Assembly: GCA_043809245.1 (NCBI GenBank)
Contig: JAZDDZ010000004.1
Coordinates: 1-57,723 of the forward strand
Direction of reading: 5' to 3'
DNA length: 57,723 nt
DNA from: Candidatus Iainarchaeum sp.
GTDB lineage: Archaea > Iainarchaeota > Iainarchaeia > Iainarchaeales > JAZDDZ01
The position numbers were made by a program, and so were the translations under genes. The notes beneath the pieces are model-generated. The model was not told the DNA's origin. It made no database searches and was given only the letters and a program-made list of their open reading frames with translations. How positions within the stretch are numbered: position 1 is the first letter of the stretch; each line of letters opens with the position of its first letter. Of this stretch, positions 1 through 9,230 are shown in pieces.

Positions 1-126
1 AAAATCACCAACGCAGCAAGCGAAGCATTCAACAACAAAATCGGTCTACTGAAAAGACGAGCATACGGTTACAAGGACTTGGAATACTTCAAACTCAAAA
101 TCATAAACTCATGCTGGAGGTCCTAA
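1..126 (+). CDS. ISL3-family transposase, C-terminal fragment (truncated by window start)
   Basis: Frame 1 reads KITNAASEAFNNKIGLLKRRAYGYKDLEYFKLKIINSCWRS*, matching the ISL3 C-terminal motif (TN..SE..NNKI...KR.AYG...). Confidence 0.85.
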   Translation, partial: KITNAASEAFNNKIGLLKRRAYGYKDLEYFKLKIINSCWRS

Positions 127-141
127 ATATGCAGAAGAGCC
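1..141 (+). mobile_element. Right end of ISL3-family insertion sequence
   Basis: Transposase tail followed by GAAGAGCC (134-141), the complement of the GGCTCTTC-type ISL3 terminus, then AT-rich TAAAATAT (possible 8-bp target duplication). Confidence 0.75.
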
Positions 142-226
142 TAAAATATTTACTTGCGCACACCAAATAAACAGAAGATACCCCCATAGCGCAAACACTC
201 TCGAAAGACTCAAGAGAGAAAAAGAT

Positions 227-619
227 ATGAATAATTCAATAATGTGCCAGAGAACTATCACAAAATTAATTTTTCAGGAAAGCTTGCGTAATACTGAACT
301 TCCACCTCGGCTAAAAAGGAGATTTATCGACGTATTTAACCTGCTTTCGAATAAAGTGAGAATCGAGAACTTTTCCGAGTCACTAGGCACATTGGAAGAG
401 AAAAAAATACAATTCACCACTGCAGAAAAAAGAAAAATTCTGCATTTGAAAAATAAGGAAGGACAGAAATTTATAGGCAATGCAGGTAAGTTTCTAGTAG
501 ATATGGATAGGCTGCTTTCCACAGAAGAAATAAAAGATAAGTTATCGGAGCATACTGTAAGCAGAAGCATTTATAATGTCAGAGAGCTATTGCGAAAGCT
601 TTCGCAATTAATTCATTAA
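227..619 (+). CDS. Hypothetical protein
   Basis: 130-aa ORF, AT-rich, no recognisable motif. Confidence 0.5.
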   Translation: MNNSIMCQRTITKLIFQESLRNTELPPRLKRRFIDVFNLLSNKVRIENFSESLGTLEEKKIQFTTAEKRKILHLKNKEGQKFIGNAGKFLVDMDRLLSTEEIKDKLSEHTVSRSIYNVRELLRKLSQLIH

Positions 620-661
620 ATAAAAGAAAAAAAATTATCAATTAAACTATTTTTGGGTCTT

Positions 662-922
662 TTATCTTTTGTAAACCCTTTCAACCCACAGTTTTTTTAT
701 AAACGGCATTGATGTGTTCTGAATCAGGTAAGCGCCTGCCGGCACCAAGGAGTTAAGGTATGGTTCCGGCGCATTAATCAGGAGAAGGAAGTAAAGCACG
801 ATTACATAGGTGGCAAAGGCATTTATTGCGCGCCTTGTTTTGCTTAACTCCCACGCCTTATCCGTTTCAACTCTTTTATTCCTTTCAAAGATTGAATTAA
901 CTTTTTGCTCAACGCTTTCCAT
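662..922 (-). CDS. Small membrane protein (2 TM)
   Basis: 86 aa, two hydrophobic segments, last gene of the minus-strand operon. Confidence 0.7.
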   Translation of the reverse strand: MESVEQKVNSIFERNKRVETDKAWELSKTRRAINAFATYVIVLYFLLLINAPEPYLNSLVPAGAYLIQNTSMPFIKKLWVERVYKR

Positions 923-931
923 TTGAATGCC

Positions 932-1957
932 TCAGCCGCTTACTTCTTTCAACGAACCTTCAACATCTTTTTTAGGGAGAGCATTGTAAAGCAGTTCAAC
1001 GCATTTTTTTAAAACGCTTTCAATGTCCTTTGCTTTTCCGTTGAATGCCGCGGCCCCCGGATGCCCGCCGCCGTCTCCCTCAAAGTTTTTGGAAAGGGGA
1101 ATGAAGACATCGCGAGCCAAATCAAGGCCCGTGGCTTTAAGAAAGCGGTTGGATGCGCGGCCGCTCACGCGAACCATTCCATTCTCAACTGCTCCGCAAA
1201 AAGCCGCATCAGCGCCTATCCTGACCAAAACGTTTGCGGCGGTTGCCTCAAATGCGCCGACCTCTGATGCAGCGAAAATAAAATTTTTGGTCTTGAAAAA
1301 GGAAGCGCGTTTCGCGGATTTCAGCGAGGCAATTCTTTCGCTTAAATCCTGTTTTGCCTTGAAAAGCGAAAGCAGTTCAGGGTAATTCCTTTGGCTTTTC
1401 TCCATCACTTCCGCCATTATCTTGAATGTTTCATGGTCTGCGACGAGAAAAGAAGAGCTATCAGTTATTATTCCACAGGCAATCAGCGAGGCGATTTGCG
1501 GGGTTACAGGAATTTTTTCGGCTACAAGCAAATCATGCACTAATTCCGTTGTGGAAATCGCTTCCTCTTTTATGATTGAGTTCTCCTTTGAAGTGATTCC
1601 CTGTTTTGCGGGAGCATGATGGTCTAAAACAAAAATTGGCTTGCGGAATTCCTTTAACTCCCCTGAAAGCTTGCCTGCCATTTCCGCGCTGTTAAAATCA
1701 ACGCATATCAGCGCGTCAAAGTCCTTGAGCAAAGGGTTTTTTATGTAAGGGATTTCCATGTTTTCCGCCAATGCTTTGGCGTTAATGTTCAAGTGCTCGG
1801 GAACCCCAATGTAAGAGGGGCATTTTTTTCTCAGGGAAAGGTATAGCGCTGCGGCGCTTGCGATTGCGTCAACGTCTGCGCCGGAGTGCGTTAAAATGAG
1901 CAGCTTTTTGCCTGTGATTTTTTTGAGGAACTCGCCGAATTCCCGGAATTCATTCAA
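932..1957 (-). CDS. DHH/DHHA1 phosphoesterase (RecJ/NrnA-like)
   Basis: H..ADVD, VD, DHH, GIITDS and GGGHPGAA motifs; usual member of the archaeal exosome superoperon. Confidence 0.92.
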   Translation of the reverse strand: MNEFREFGEFLKKITGKKLLILTHSGADVDAIASAAALYLSLRKKCPSYIGVPEHLNINAKALAENMEIPYIKNPLLKDFDALICVDFNSAEMAGKLSGELKEFRKPIFVLDHHAPAKQGITSKENSIIKEEAISTTELVHDLLVAEKIPVTPQIASLIACGIITDSSSFLVADHETFKIMAEVMEKSQRNYPELLSLFKAKQDLSERIASLKSAKRASFFKTKNFIFAASEVGAFEATAANVLVRIGADAAFCGAVENGMVRVSGRASNRFLKATGLDLARDVFIPLSKNFEGDGGGHPGAAAFNGKAKDIESVLKKCVELLYNALPKKDVEGSLKEVSG

Positions 1958-1959
1958 TT

Positions 1960-2307
1960 TTATTCACTTTCTTCTTTGCCGGGTTTCGCGCTTCCCTCAA
2001 TTGATGCCTTTAACTTGTTGAGCTTGTCAACCAAAGCATCTTCCTGTTTTTGCAAGGTTTTAACGCGAAGGTCAACTGATTCCTTTTGCTCTTTTATCTG
2101 TTTTTCGACTTCTTTTGCGTCGGTTAAAAGCATTATCGGGCCCACTGCCTTGAATACCTTTTTTTCCGCGGTTTTGCCGAGCTCTTCAAGAGAGGCATTT
2201 AGGCCCTGGCTCTGCATTTGCAGCTGCTGTTTTTGCGATGAAACATTCATCAGCTGCACGCGGTTCCTTTCAAAGTCCTGGATTGACTGCTGCTGCTCAT
2301 TTGCCAT
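1960..2307 (-). CDS. pfdB: Prefoldin beta subunit
   Basis: Coiled coil - KVFKAVG beta hairpin - coiled coil; operon position. Confidence 0.92.
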   Translation of the reverse strand: MANEQQQSIQDFERNRVQLMNVSSQKQQLQMQSQGLNASLEELGKTAEKKVFKAVGPIMLLTDAKEVEKQIKEQKESVDLRVKTLQKQEDALVDKLNKLKASIEGSAKPGKEESE

Positions 2308-2324
2308 AAATTTTTCCCTCCGTT

Positions 2325-2567
2325 TTATTCGCAAAGTTCTCCAACCAATGAAATCAATTTAATGCAGGAGTTAGCCGATGCCTTCAGCGCAGTTGGGTCT
2401 CCCGCTTTAATTTTCAGGGTTAAAATGTTTTTATTCGTTTGCATTGAGGTTTTCGAGCGCCTTTCAACCGCATCCCTTTTATCAATGGAGATTGCCTTCA
2501 ATGCTGTTTCCGCGTTTTTTTCAGATGGAAAAACAAAGCGCGCCTCAAGCAAAAATTTTTCCTGCAT
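2325..2567 (-). CDS. pcc1: KEOPS complex Pcc1-like subunit
   Basis: 80 aa, RS..., 'LKIKAGDPTALKASANS' motif, between rpoP and pfdB. Confidence 0.85.
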   Translation of the reverse strand: MQEKFLLEARFVFPSEKNAETALKAISIDKRDAVERRSKTSMQTNKNILTLKIKAGDPTALKASANSCIKLISLVGELCE

Positions 2568-2699
2568 TTACCTTGCCTTTATGTCTTTTGCAATCGGGTC
2601 CCTTGTTTTCACGACAATCTTGTAGGCGCAGTTAGGGCACCTCACAAGGCCTTTCGGCAGCTCGTTGAATTCCTCTCCGCATTTCACACACTTGTACAT
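2568..2699 (-). CDS. rpoP: RNA polymerase subunit P (Rpo12), not in the ORF track
   Basis: Manual translation MYKCVKCGEEFNELPKGLVRCPNCAYKIVVKTRDPIAKDIKAR*; Zn ribbon, canonical position after rpl37ae. Confidence 0.95.
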   Translation of the reverse strand: MYKCVKCGEEFNELPKGLVRCPNCAYKIVVKTRDPIAKDIKAR

Positions 2700-3251
2700 T
2701 CACTCAACTCCGGTAAAAGCGTCCTCGTCCTGTTCGCTTGTTTCCCCTGCGAACTCTTGTTCCGCTGTTTCAGCTTGCCCTTCCCCGCTTTCTTCGCCTT
2801 CCTCTTCATCTTCATCTTCTTCTTCTTCTTCGGCTGCCTCTTTTTTTTGCTCTTCTTTCGGGGCTTCTGTTTTTTTCGCGTGCTTTTCTTTTTTCTCCTT
2901 TTCCTGCGCTTCCTTTTCAGGCAAATCTTTTTCGTAGGATTTTTTGTCGCCTTCCTCTTCAACGCTTATGAGTTCGGTCATGTGAGGCATGAACTGTTTC
3001 TGTGAAACCATTTTTCGTATGATTGAGCCGGTCAGTGTTTCCGGGAAGAATGCGCCTCCTGCAAACTTGTGGCCGCATTTCCTGCACGAAAAGATTCCCT
3101 TGCTTAAGCGCTTGACTTTTTTTGCGCCGCAAGTAGGGCAGGCTGACTTTGCCTTTTGCTTTGCCTCCACTTTGAGGAGCCTTTTTCTCACGCCGACGCC
3201 GTAGCGTGCCTTGTATCTTCCCGCGCTTTTGACTTTTTTCGTCGAACTCAT
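2700..3251 (-). CDS. rpl37ae: 50S ribosomal protein L37Ae (eL43) with long acidic C-terminal extension
   Basis: GRYKARYG...CPTCG...VKR...GIFSCRKCG..FAGGA. Confidence 0.95.
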   Translation of the reverse strand: MSSTKKVKSAGRYKARYGVGVRKRLLKVEAKQKAKSACPTCGAKKVKRLSKGIFSCRKCGHKFAGGAFFPETLTGSIIRKMVSQKQFMPHMTELISVEEEGDKKSYEKDLPEKEAQEKEKKEKHAKKTEAPKEEQKKEAAEEEEEDEDEEEGEESGEGQAETAEQEFAGETSEQDEDAFTGVE

Positions 3252-3279
3252 ATTATATCATCTCTTTTAAGGAGGGCTT

Positions 3280-4062
3280 TTAAAGCAGTTTCCTAAGCTG
3301 CTTTGCCTTTTCGAACGCGTGGTCAATCGATGAATCGATTTCAGCCGAGGTAAAGCTGCCTCCGCCGCCTTTCTGAAAGGCGGTGATTTGGCCGTCGTCT
3401 GTTGTTGCAACGCTGAACCTTGCGCTCATGGCTATTTCCTCTGCAAGCATTGGGTCCAAAACAACTGTTCCCCCCACTTTTGCAAAGGTTGAAAGCAAGG
3501 GCTTTCTTGAAAGCTTCAGCTTTCCGGAGAACTCGCCTTTCACTATCTTGTTTTCGTCGTCAAGCTTTGGCACTTTTGCCTCCAAAAGGCTGCTTAATGC
3601 CGCAAGGCTTGCCGCGTCAAAAAGGTTTCCGTCAAAGTTCAGGGCGTACATGTCAATGAACACTATCCAAACCTTTTCGCCTTCTTTTATGCACAAATCC
3701 TTGAAGTCAATTGCCTTGCTTTCCCTTATGCCTCGGTCAACTACCCTTGAAAGCTCGATTGACTCTTCTCTTGGGGGCCCTGACTCAAAGCTAGGTGAAG
3801 CCAAAGGCAATAACTCCATTCCAACTGAAATAGAGCCCTGGTCAGGCATGTCAGGATATGGTTCCCCTGGAAGCATTTTTACTCCAGCCATGACATCAGT
3901 CTCCCCAATCCTAACCCTTGCTGAGCCATCAGCGTTCTCGGAAATGTGATTTTGAATGCTTACCTTGCGGTATTCATCCACTTTTCTTCCGTCAAGCCTT
4001 ATGCCTTTCTTCATTTCAGCCAAAACCTTGTCCGAATTAATGTCCCACAAAATCCTAGTCAT
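3280..4062 (-). CDS. rrp42: Exosome complex subunit Rrp42
   Basis: RLDGRK..EYR, FESGPP, LSRVVDRGIRES; RNase PH fold. Confidence 0.95.
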   Translation of the reverse strand: MTRILWDINSDKVLAEMKKGIRLDGRKVDEYRKVSIQNHISENADGSARVRIGETDVMAGVKMLPGEPYPDMPDQGSISVGMELLPLASPSFESGPPREESIELSRVVDRGIRESKAIDFKDLCIKEGEKVWIVFIDMYALNFDGNLFDAASLAALSSLLEAKVPKLDDENKIVKGEFSGKLKLSRKPLLSTFAKVGGTVVLDPMLAEEIAMSARFSVATTDDGQITAFQKGGGGSFTSAEIDSSIDHAFEKAKQLRKLL

Positions 4063-4829
4063 TTGGATTCCTCCTTTGCCTCTTTGGCTGAATTTTCCGC
4101 GCTCTCGGCAACGGCTTCGTATTTTTTCTTCAAGGCCGCAACCTGCATTTCATTTATTTTCTTTATTGCAGTTGAAGCCATTTTGAACGCTTCCTGCCAT
4201 TCCTCTTTTGAAATGAGGCCGTCAAGCTGCAGCAAAACAATTTCATTTGAATTCGGCAATAACGCCACTGGAATGTCAACAGCGTCATCCGCGTCCTCTT
4301 CTTCCTTGTTCAGGTCCAATAAAATTTTTCCGTTTGCCCTTCCCACGCTGCAGGAAGCAACCAAATCCCTCATGGGAATTCCCGCATCCGCCAATGCAAG
4401 CGATGCTGCTGTAAGCGCGGCAACCCTTGTGCCCGCATTTGAGTCGATTATTTCAACGTCAACATCGATTGCGGTGTTTGGAAAGCGCTCAGTGAAAATA
4501 GCCCTTTCAAGCGCTTCGCCGGAAACCTTTGAAATCTCTATCTCCCTTCTCCCCGGCTTCGGGTTCTTCCTGTCCGGAACCGAAAAGGTCGCCATCCGGT
4601 AATTGTATCTCACAACCGCCTTGTACGGAGACGCGGTGTGCTTTGGAATGCATTCCCTTGGCCCGTAAACAGTTGCAAGGACTTTGTTCTGCCCCCATTC
4701 AAGGTAAGCTGAACCGTCAGCGCTTTTCAAAACGCCCACTTCCATTTTAATCGGCCTTAATTCGTCCGATTTCCTGCCGTCAGGCCTTGCGCCCTTGGCA
4801 TGCTTTTTGTCATCCTTTTTTTCACTCAT
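4059..4829 (-). CDS. rrp41: Exosome complex exonuclease Rrp41
   Basis: RPDGRK.DELRP, YGPRE, RREIEIS, AGTR, EED motifs. Confidence 0.96.
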   Translation of the reverse strand: MSEKKDDKKHAKGARPDGRKSDELRPIKMEVGVLKSADGSAYLEWGQNKVLATVYGPRECIPKHTASPYKAVVRYNYRMATFSVPDRKNPKPGRREIEISKVSGEALERAIFTERFPNTAIDVDVEIIDSNAGTRVAALTAASLALADAGIPMRDLVASCSVGRANGKILLDLNKEEEDADDAVDIPVALLPNSNEIVLLQLDGLISKEEWQEAFKMASTAIKKINEMQVAALKKKYEAVAESAENSAKEAKEESK

Positions 4830-4849
4830 CTTTTTTTCACCTTCAAAAA

Positions 4850-5509
4850 TCATTTTTCCTTAACCGCGGCCTTTTCCTCGGTTTGCGCGCCCGCGGTCTG
4901 CGCCTTCGCCTGCTCTAAAAAGGCAGCCATCCTGTTCGTCAAATTGTCCAGGTGCGCTTCCCTCTCAATTTTATCAATTGCCTGCACCAAGAGCGGAATA
5001 TTCCCTCCCTTCACCCAGATGCGGCCATTCCTGCCCACCATTAAATTGCAGCCAGTGCCGTTCTTCAGGACTTCAAGCATTGAACCGTTCTTGCCTATGA
5101 TGCGCGGCACTTTGACAGGGGAAACGGAAATAATTTCGCCCCCAAAAAAAACCCTTGGCCTTGACAAGTCAACTTCGTTCAATTCATTTACCTTCATCAC
5201 CTGCGCGGATAAAACGTTTCCGTTGCGCAAGGGGTCCCTTAACTCTTTCTTTGAAATGAACGCAGGGTAAAACGAATTAATGTTAGCATTATAGCCGGAG
5301 AATTTCTCGGCAACAATTACGCCAATGATTACGTCGCCCTCCAAAGGCATATAACAGCCTTCAAGCGGCACAACCGAGGCCTCGCTTGCGCTTTCATTAA
5401 CCAAGCCCAGGACATCGGAGTAAATCTTCCCTTCCTGCATGTAAACATGCGATCCCGCGCGCTTCCTTTCCTCTGTGACCAGTTCTCCCGGCACAACAAT
5501 TTTCTTCAT
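4850..5509 (-). CDS. rrp4: Exosome RNA-binding protein Rrp4
   Basis: VVPGE, S1 domain, KH domain (VPRIIGKNGSM, GRNGRIWV). Confidence 0.95.
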   Translation of the reverse strand: MKKIVVPGELVTEERKRAGSHVYMQEGKIYSDVLGLVNESASEASVVPLEGCYMPLEGDVIIGVIVAEKFSGYNANINSFYPAFISKKELRDPLRNGNVLSAQVMKVNELNEVDLSRPRVFFGGEIISVSPVKVPRIIGKNGSMLEVLKNGTGCNLMVGRNGRIWVKGGNIPLLVQAIDKIEREAHLDNLTNRMAAFLEQAKAQTAGAQTEEKAAVKEK

Positions 5510-5550
5510 CCAATTACCACTTCCTTTTTTCCTGTAAAAATAAATTCCGT

Positions 5551-6249
5551 TTATTTGTTTTCAACTATTTTTGTTTCAACCGCTCCGTGGGTCAAATTGT
5601 TGAGCTCGTTGAACAGCTGCTGTTTTAAGCCAACAGGCAGTTCAAGCATTGCGACAAGCGAGCCGTCCTTCATCCATTCCTCCTGTTTGACTCCGTACTT
5701 GTGCAGCAAAGCGTTTCCCTTGCCTGAAAACTGTGCGGGAATCCTCACGGCAACCTTCACGTTTTCAAGCGAAATCGGGATAAGCTTTTTTATCTCCTTT
5801 ATCGCTTCCTGCACTTCATCCTTAACCGATTTGTTAAGGTCCACGGAAAACTTTATTTCCTGCAGTGCGGTCTCAATCCTTTGCGGGGGATGTGGGGATT
5901 GGGTCTGCGGGTTTATCGCGTTATGCACAATGAAGTTCACTATCTCTTTTTTTCTTTTCTCCGCCATTTCTCGCCTTTGCTCTGTTGTTAACTGCACTTC
6001 CCCTTCCAGGAGGATTTTTTTCGCAATCGCCTGCACGTCGCTTGTGCCGAAAACCTTTTTCAGGGTTTCCTCTGATTTTATGTCGCCTTTTTTCGCGTCC
6101 TTGAAAACCGAGTCAGCCGCGAGAAGCTCGTCAAAGTTGACCTCTTTCCCGTGCCTGAAATCAATCGCCAAATGCGGGTCCACGAGGACTTCGAATTTTT
6201 CCCCGTGCGTTTCAAGCCGCGCTATAACTGCTTCCTCTAGCTTTACCAT
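5551..6249 (-). CDS. sdo1: Ribosome maturation factor SBDS/Sdo1
   Basis: GEKFEVLVDP, GEVQLTTEQRR, PHPPQRIE motifs. Confidence 0.96.
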   Translation of the reverse strand: MVKLEEAVIARLETHGEKFEVLVDPHLAIDFRHGKEVNFDELLAADSVFKDAKKGDIKSEETLKKVFGTSDVQAIAKKILLEGEVQLTTEQRREMAEKRKKEIVNFIVHNAINPQTQSPHPPQRIETALQEIKFSVDLNKSVKDEVQEAIKEIKKLIPISLENVKVAVRIPAQFSGKGNALLHKYGVKQEEWMKDGSLVAMLELPVGLKQQLFNELNNLTHGAVETKIVENK

Positions 6250-6292
6250 GAAAAACTCAGCCTTCAAAAAAGCTTTTTTTTAAATTCAATTC

Positions 6293-7027
6293 TCAGCTTT
6301 GCTTGTTGTTTGAAACAAAGCCTTTAAGCCTTTCAACGGGAATCCGCTCGAATTCCCTTTTGCCCTCTTCAACAAATGAAAACTCCAATCGCTTGTAATC
6401 CAGTTTTTCCTTTTCGTCAAGCCCTTTTTTGAGGACGTCAACCAAAAGCTGTATTCCCGCATCAAAGGAAAGGCCTTCCTTGTAATCCTTTTCCAATAAC
6501 TCCATTGCCTTGTGCTTGTTTTTTCCAATTGCAACCGCAGTGTACTCAGCCAATGCGCCTGAGGGCTCTGTTTCAAAAAGCCTGTTGCCTGTCTCGTCAA
6601 TTCCCCCGAAAATAAATGAAACCCCGAAAGGCCTCATGCCTCCGTATTGGGTGAAAATCTGGTTAATGTTTGAAATCTCTTTCACCAATGTTTCAACGTT
6701 TATCGGCTCATCATAATACATCCTGTTTTCCTGTGCCTTCTGCCTTGCAATCTGCACCAAGCGCCTTGCATCCCCCACCAATCCAGCGCTTACAGCGACA
6801 ATGTGGTTATCCACTTTAAACATTTTTTCAATGGATTCAGGCAATAAAAGCCTGCTTGGCACCTTTTTATCCGCGCCAAATAAAACGCCTTTATCATACT
6901 TTAAGGCCGCTGCAAGCGTGCCCTGGCTCACAATTTTGCCAGCGTACTCTACTTGGTACAGCCTTCCGTCAGGCGAAAACATCGTTGCAACGCGGTCGTA
7001 ACCGCCTGTCTGAGAAACAGGGTACAT
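6293..7027 (-). CDS. psmA: Proteasome alpha subunit
   Basis: YDR..TMFSPDGRLYQVEYA, RPFGVS signatures. Confidence 0.97.
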   Translation of the reverse strand: MYPVSQTGGYDRVATMFSPDGRLYQVEYAGKIVSQGTLAAALKYDKGVLFGADKKVPSRLLLPESIEKMFKVDNHIVAVSAGLVGDARRLVQIARQKAQENRMYYDEPINVETLVKEISNINQIFTQYGGMRPFGVSFIFGGIDETGNRLFETEPSGALAEYTAVAIGKNKHKAMELLEKDYKEGLSFDAGIQLLVDVLKKGLDEKEKLDYKRLEFSFVEEGKREFERIPVERLKGFVSNNKQS

Positions 7028-7091
7028 AAACGCTCAAAACTCCTCTTTTTTCCCTATAATATATCATCTCCTATACAGTAAAATATATAAA

Positions 7092-7475
7092 TCAGTGCTT
7101 GGCGCGGCCGGCTGAAACCATTGATTCCGCCTTTGCCTTCAATTTCTTCAATGAACCGCTTGAGGAAAGCGTTTGCGGCAGAACCTTTTGCCCGTTAACT
7201 TCCTTCAAAAAAAGCAGTGCGGCAACCGTTTTTTCAGTGAATTTGTGGCCGCATAAAAACACGCCAAAGCCGCTTTTTTCATCAAAGAGAATCGGCTTTA
7301 TTCTGGCTTCCGCGTAACCAGCCTGCCCTAAAATGTTTAAAAAATTCTTCCGCAAGGCGTGGAACACCTCTTCTTTTCCAAGGCGCTTTTCGCTTTCCAA
7401 GTGAAAGAGAATATAGCGCTTCTTTCCCCTGAGCGTTGGAGGCAAAGGCCTCAAAGAGCTTTTTTCGTTCTTCAT
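7092..7475 (-). CDS. rnp2: RNase P protein Pop5/Rpp14
   Basis: LPPTLRGKKRYILF and SGSLKK motifs; position before psmA. Confidence 0.9.
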   Translation of the reverse strand: MKNEKSSLRPLPPTLRGKKRYILFHLESEKRLGKEEVFHALRKNFLNILGQAGYAEARIKPILFDEKSGFGVFLCGHKFTEKTVAALLFLKEVNGQKVLPQTLSSSGSLKKLKAKAESMVSAGRAKH

Positions 7476-8005
7476 TTCAGTTCACTTAAAGACTTATCCG
7501 CGCCTGCTTTCTTAAATATTTCTTCCTCAAGTTTTTCCGCTGGAGCCTGGCAAGAGGCAATGGCTTTCATTTTTTCAGCGGATTTTTCACCGTAAGCTTT
7601 TTTGAGGTACGCAAACCTTTCCTTTAATGAAACAATTTTGTCATGGTTGACGCGCTTGTCTGAAAGCCAGACAATTTTCTCCTCCAAAGAATTCAGTTTC
7701 CCCAAAATCCTGCCGAGGTTATGCATTGCGACAAGCCGTCCGACTTCGGGAAAGCCCTCTTCGCGCAGAATCCTTTCACCCTCGTCTCCATGGTTTCCAG
7801 TTAAAAAAGTCTTGTGCTTGTCAATGTCATGCAGCAAAGCAGCGGCAACCACGAGCTCCAAGTTCACGGCTTCGCCTTTTTCGCGCAGTTTTTCCGCCAA
7901 AAAGCGCGCGATTTTTTCAACAGCCAAAGAATGCGCGAGAATGTGCTTCGGCATTTTGTGCTTTTCAAGCAATGCAAGCGCCTCTTCACGCGAAGGAACA
8001 TTCAT
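7472..8005 (-). CDS. HD-domain phosphohydrolase
   Basis: HS...V, AALLHDIDK, H...G, H, SDKR; 4-nt overlaps with both RNase P genes. Confidence 0.9.
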   Translation of the reverse strand: MNVPSREEALALLEKHKMPKHILAHSLAVEKIARFLAEKLREKGEAVNLELVVAAALLHDIDKHKTFLTGNHGDEGERILREEGFPEVGRLVAMHNLGRILGKLNSLEEKIVWLSDKRVNHDKIVSLKERFAYLKKAYGEKSAEKMKAIASCQAPAEKLEEEIFKKAGADKSLSELK

Positions 8006-8619
8006 TTCAACACCCTGAAACCCTTAACCGTTTTTTCGCTGAACAATTCATCAGGGTTTTCCCCAACCGCTTTCCCTGCTTCTTTTTCCGTGAAGCCAAG
8101 CAAGCGCGCAAAAACTTTAAGGTCTTTAGGGGAACGCATTTCCCATTCGCTTTCCGCTCCAGAAAAAACGCATGCCTTAATCTTAAACCTGCGCAGCAGT
8201 TTCACAACAATTGCCGCGTTCCTGAACAGCTGCGCCTGCTCGAATGGCTTTGCGTTAAGGAATGCGCTGAAAAGAAACGCAACCGAAACATTGTTTCTCG
8301 CGCACAACTGCGCTAAACCCGAATCAAAAAACATTTTTCCCGCATCAAGGGGCTGCAACAGCAAATCAATTCCTTTGGTGGACGCCGCAAAACGGTTAGC
8401 GGAAAGCGATGCGCCGTCAACCGCAGCAAGGAATCCTTTTTGCCTGAATTTCCGCGCTTCCTCAAAGTTAAGTTTTTGCAGCACAGCACAGGAACGGAAT
8501 TCAATTCCCTTTACTGGGGGAATTTTTCCGTCGGATGAAACAATTACTTTTTCAATGCCTAAAAGTTTTGCCTGTGAAGCGATTGCCTTAGCGTTGTTGA
8601 AGAAAACCAAGTCAGACAT
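8002..8619 (-). CDS. rnp3: RNase P protein Rpp30
   Basis: NRFAA...IDLL, SGAESEWEMRSPKDL...LLG motifs. Confidence 0.85.
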   Translation of the reverse strand: MSDLVFFNNAKAIASQAKLLGIEKVIVSSDGKIPPVKGIEFRSCAVLQKLNFEEARKFRQKGFLAAVDGASLSANRFAASTKGIDLLLQPLDAGKMFFDSGLAQLCARNNVSVAFLFSAFLNAKPFEQAQLFRNAAIVVKLLRRFKIKACVFSGAESEWEMRSPKDLKVFARLLGFTEKEAGKAVGENPDELFSEKTVKGFRVLK

Positions 8620-8701
8620 TTACATCTATAATGAATAGGGTAAGATAAATCATAAAATGGTTGGTTTTTGCTTTCTGGAAAAAACATATTATTAATTGAA
8701 A

Positions 8702-9160
8702 TCAGCGTGAATTCCCCGCAGCTACAGATACGCGCTTTTTTTGTTTTGCTAACCTGATGCGCCTTGGGAGCCGTATAGGAGTGCTGCGAATAATTTCATT
8801 GACAGTCGCAATATCTTTATCAGTGAAAACCGCTCTTCTGCCGCCATCATGGGCATGACTCTCTCCTCCCCTGCCGGGTTTTACAGGCGGAAAAATTGAG
8901 TATTTATTTCTTCCACTCTTTGCAAGCATGTGACTTTCTCTAGTGACCTTGGAAATCGACCCCCAGCCTTCCCTTCTAAATCCTGCTCTTGTTAATTTTC
9001 GCCCAGCCCGAACCATAAACTTTTCCATTTGCGCGGGGGCCAAAGCTTTGCCTCCAATCTTTGGTATCGTTGCCTGGTACAGCATTTTTGATGCATCCCA
9101 TGCGAATATCTTCCCAGGGGTTAATCTCCCTTCAACTCTTCGCGGTTTATTTAATTTCAA
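8702..9160 (-). CDS. Orphan basic (K/R/P-rich) protein
   Basis: 152-aa ORF with its own upstream TATA-like TTTAAA, inserted between rpl15e and rpp30. Confidence 0.6.
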   Translation of the reverse strand: MKLNKPRRVEGRLTPGKIFAWDASKMLYQATIPKIGGKALAPAQMEKFMVRAGRKLTRAGFRREGWGSISKVTRESHMLAKSGRNKYSIFPPVKPGRGGESHAHDGGRRAVFTDKDIATVNEIIRSTPIRLPRRIRLAKQKKRVSVAAGNSR

Positions 9161-9230
9161 TTAGCCCACGCCTAAAAAGGATTGGAAAAAAGAGATTTTA
9201 AATTTATTTATCTGTTTTGACGGAAGAAAG

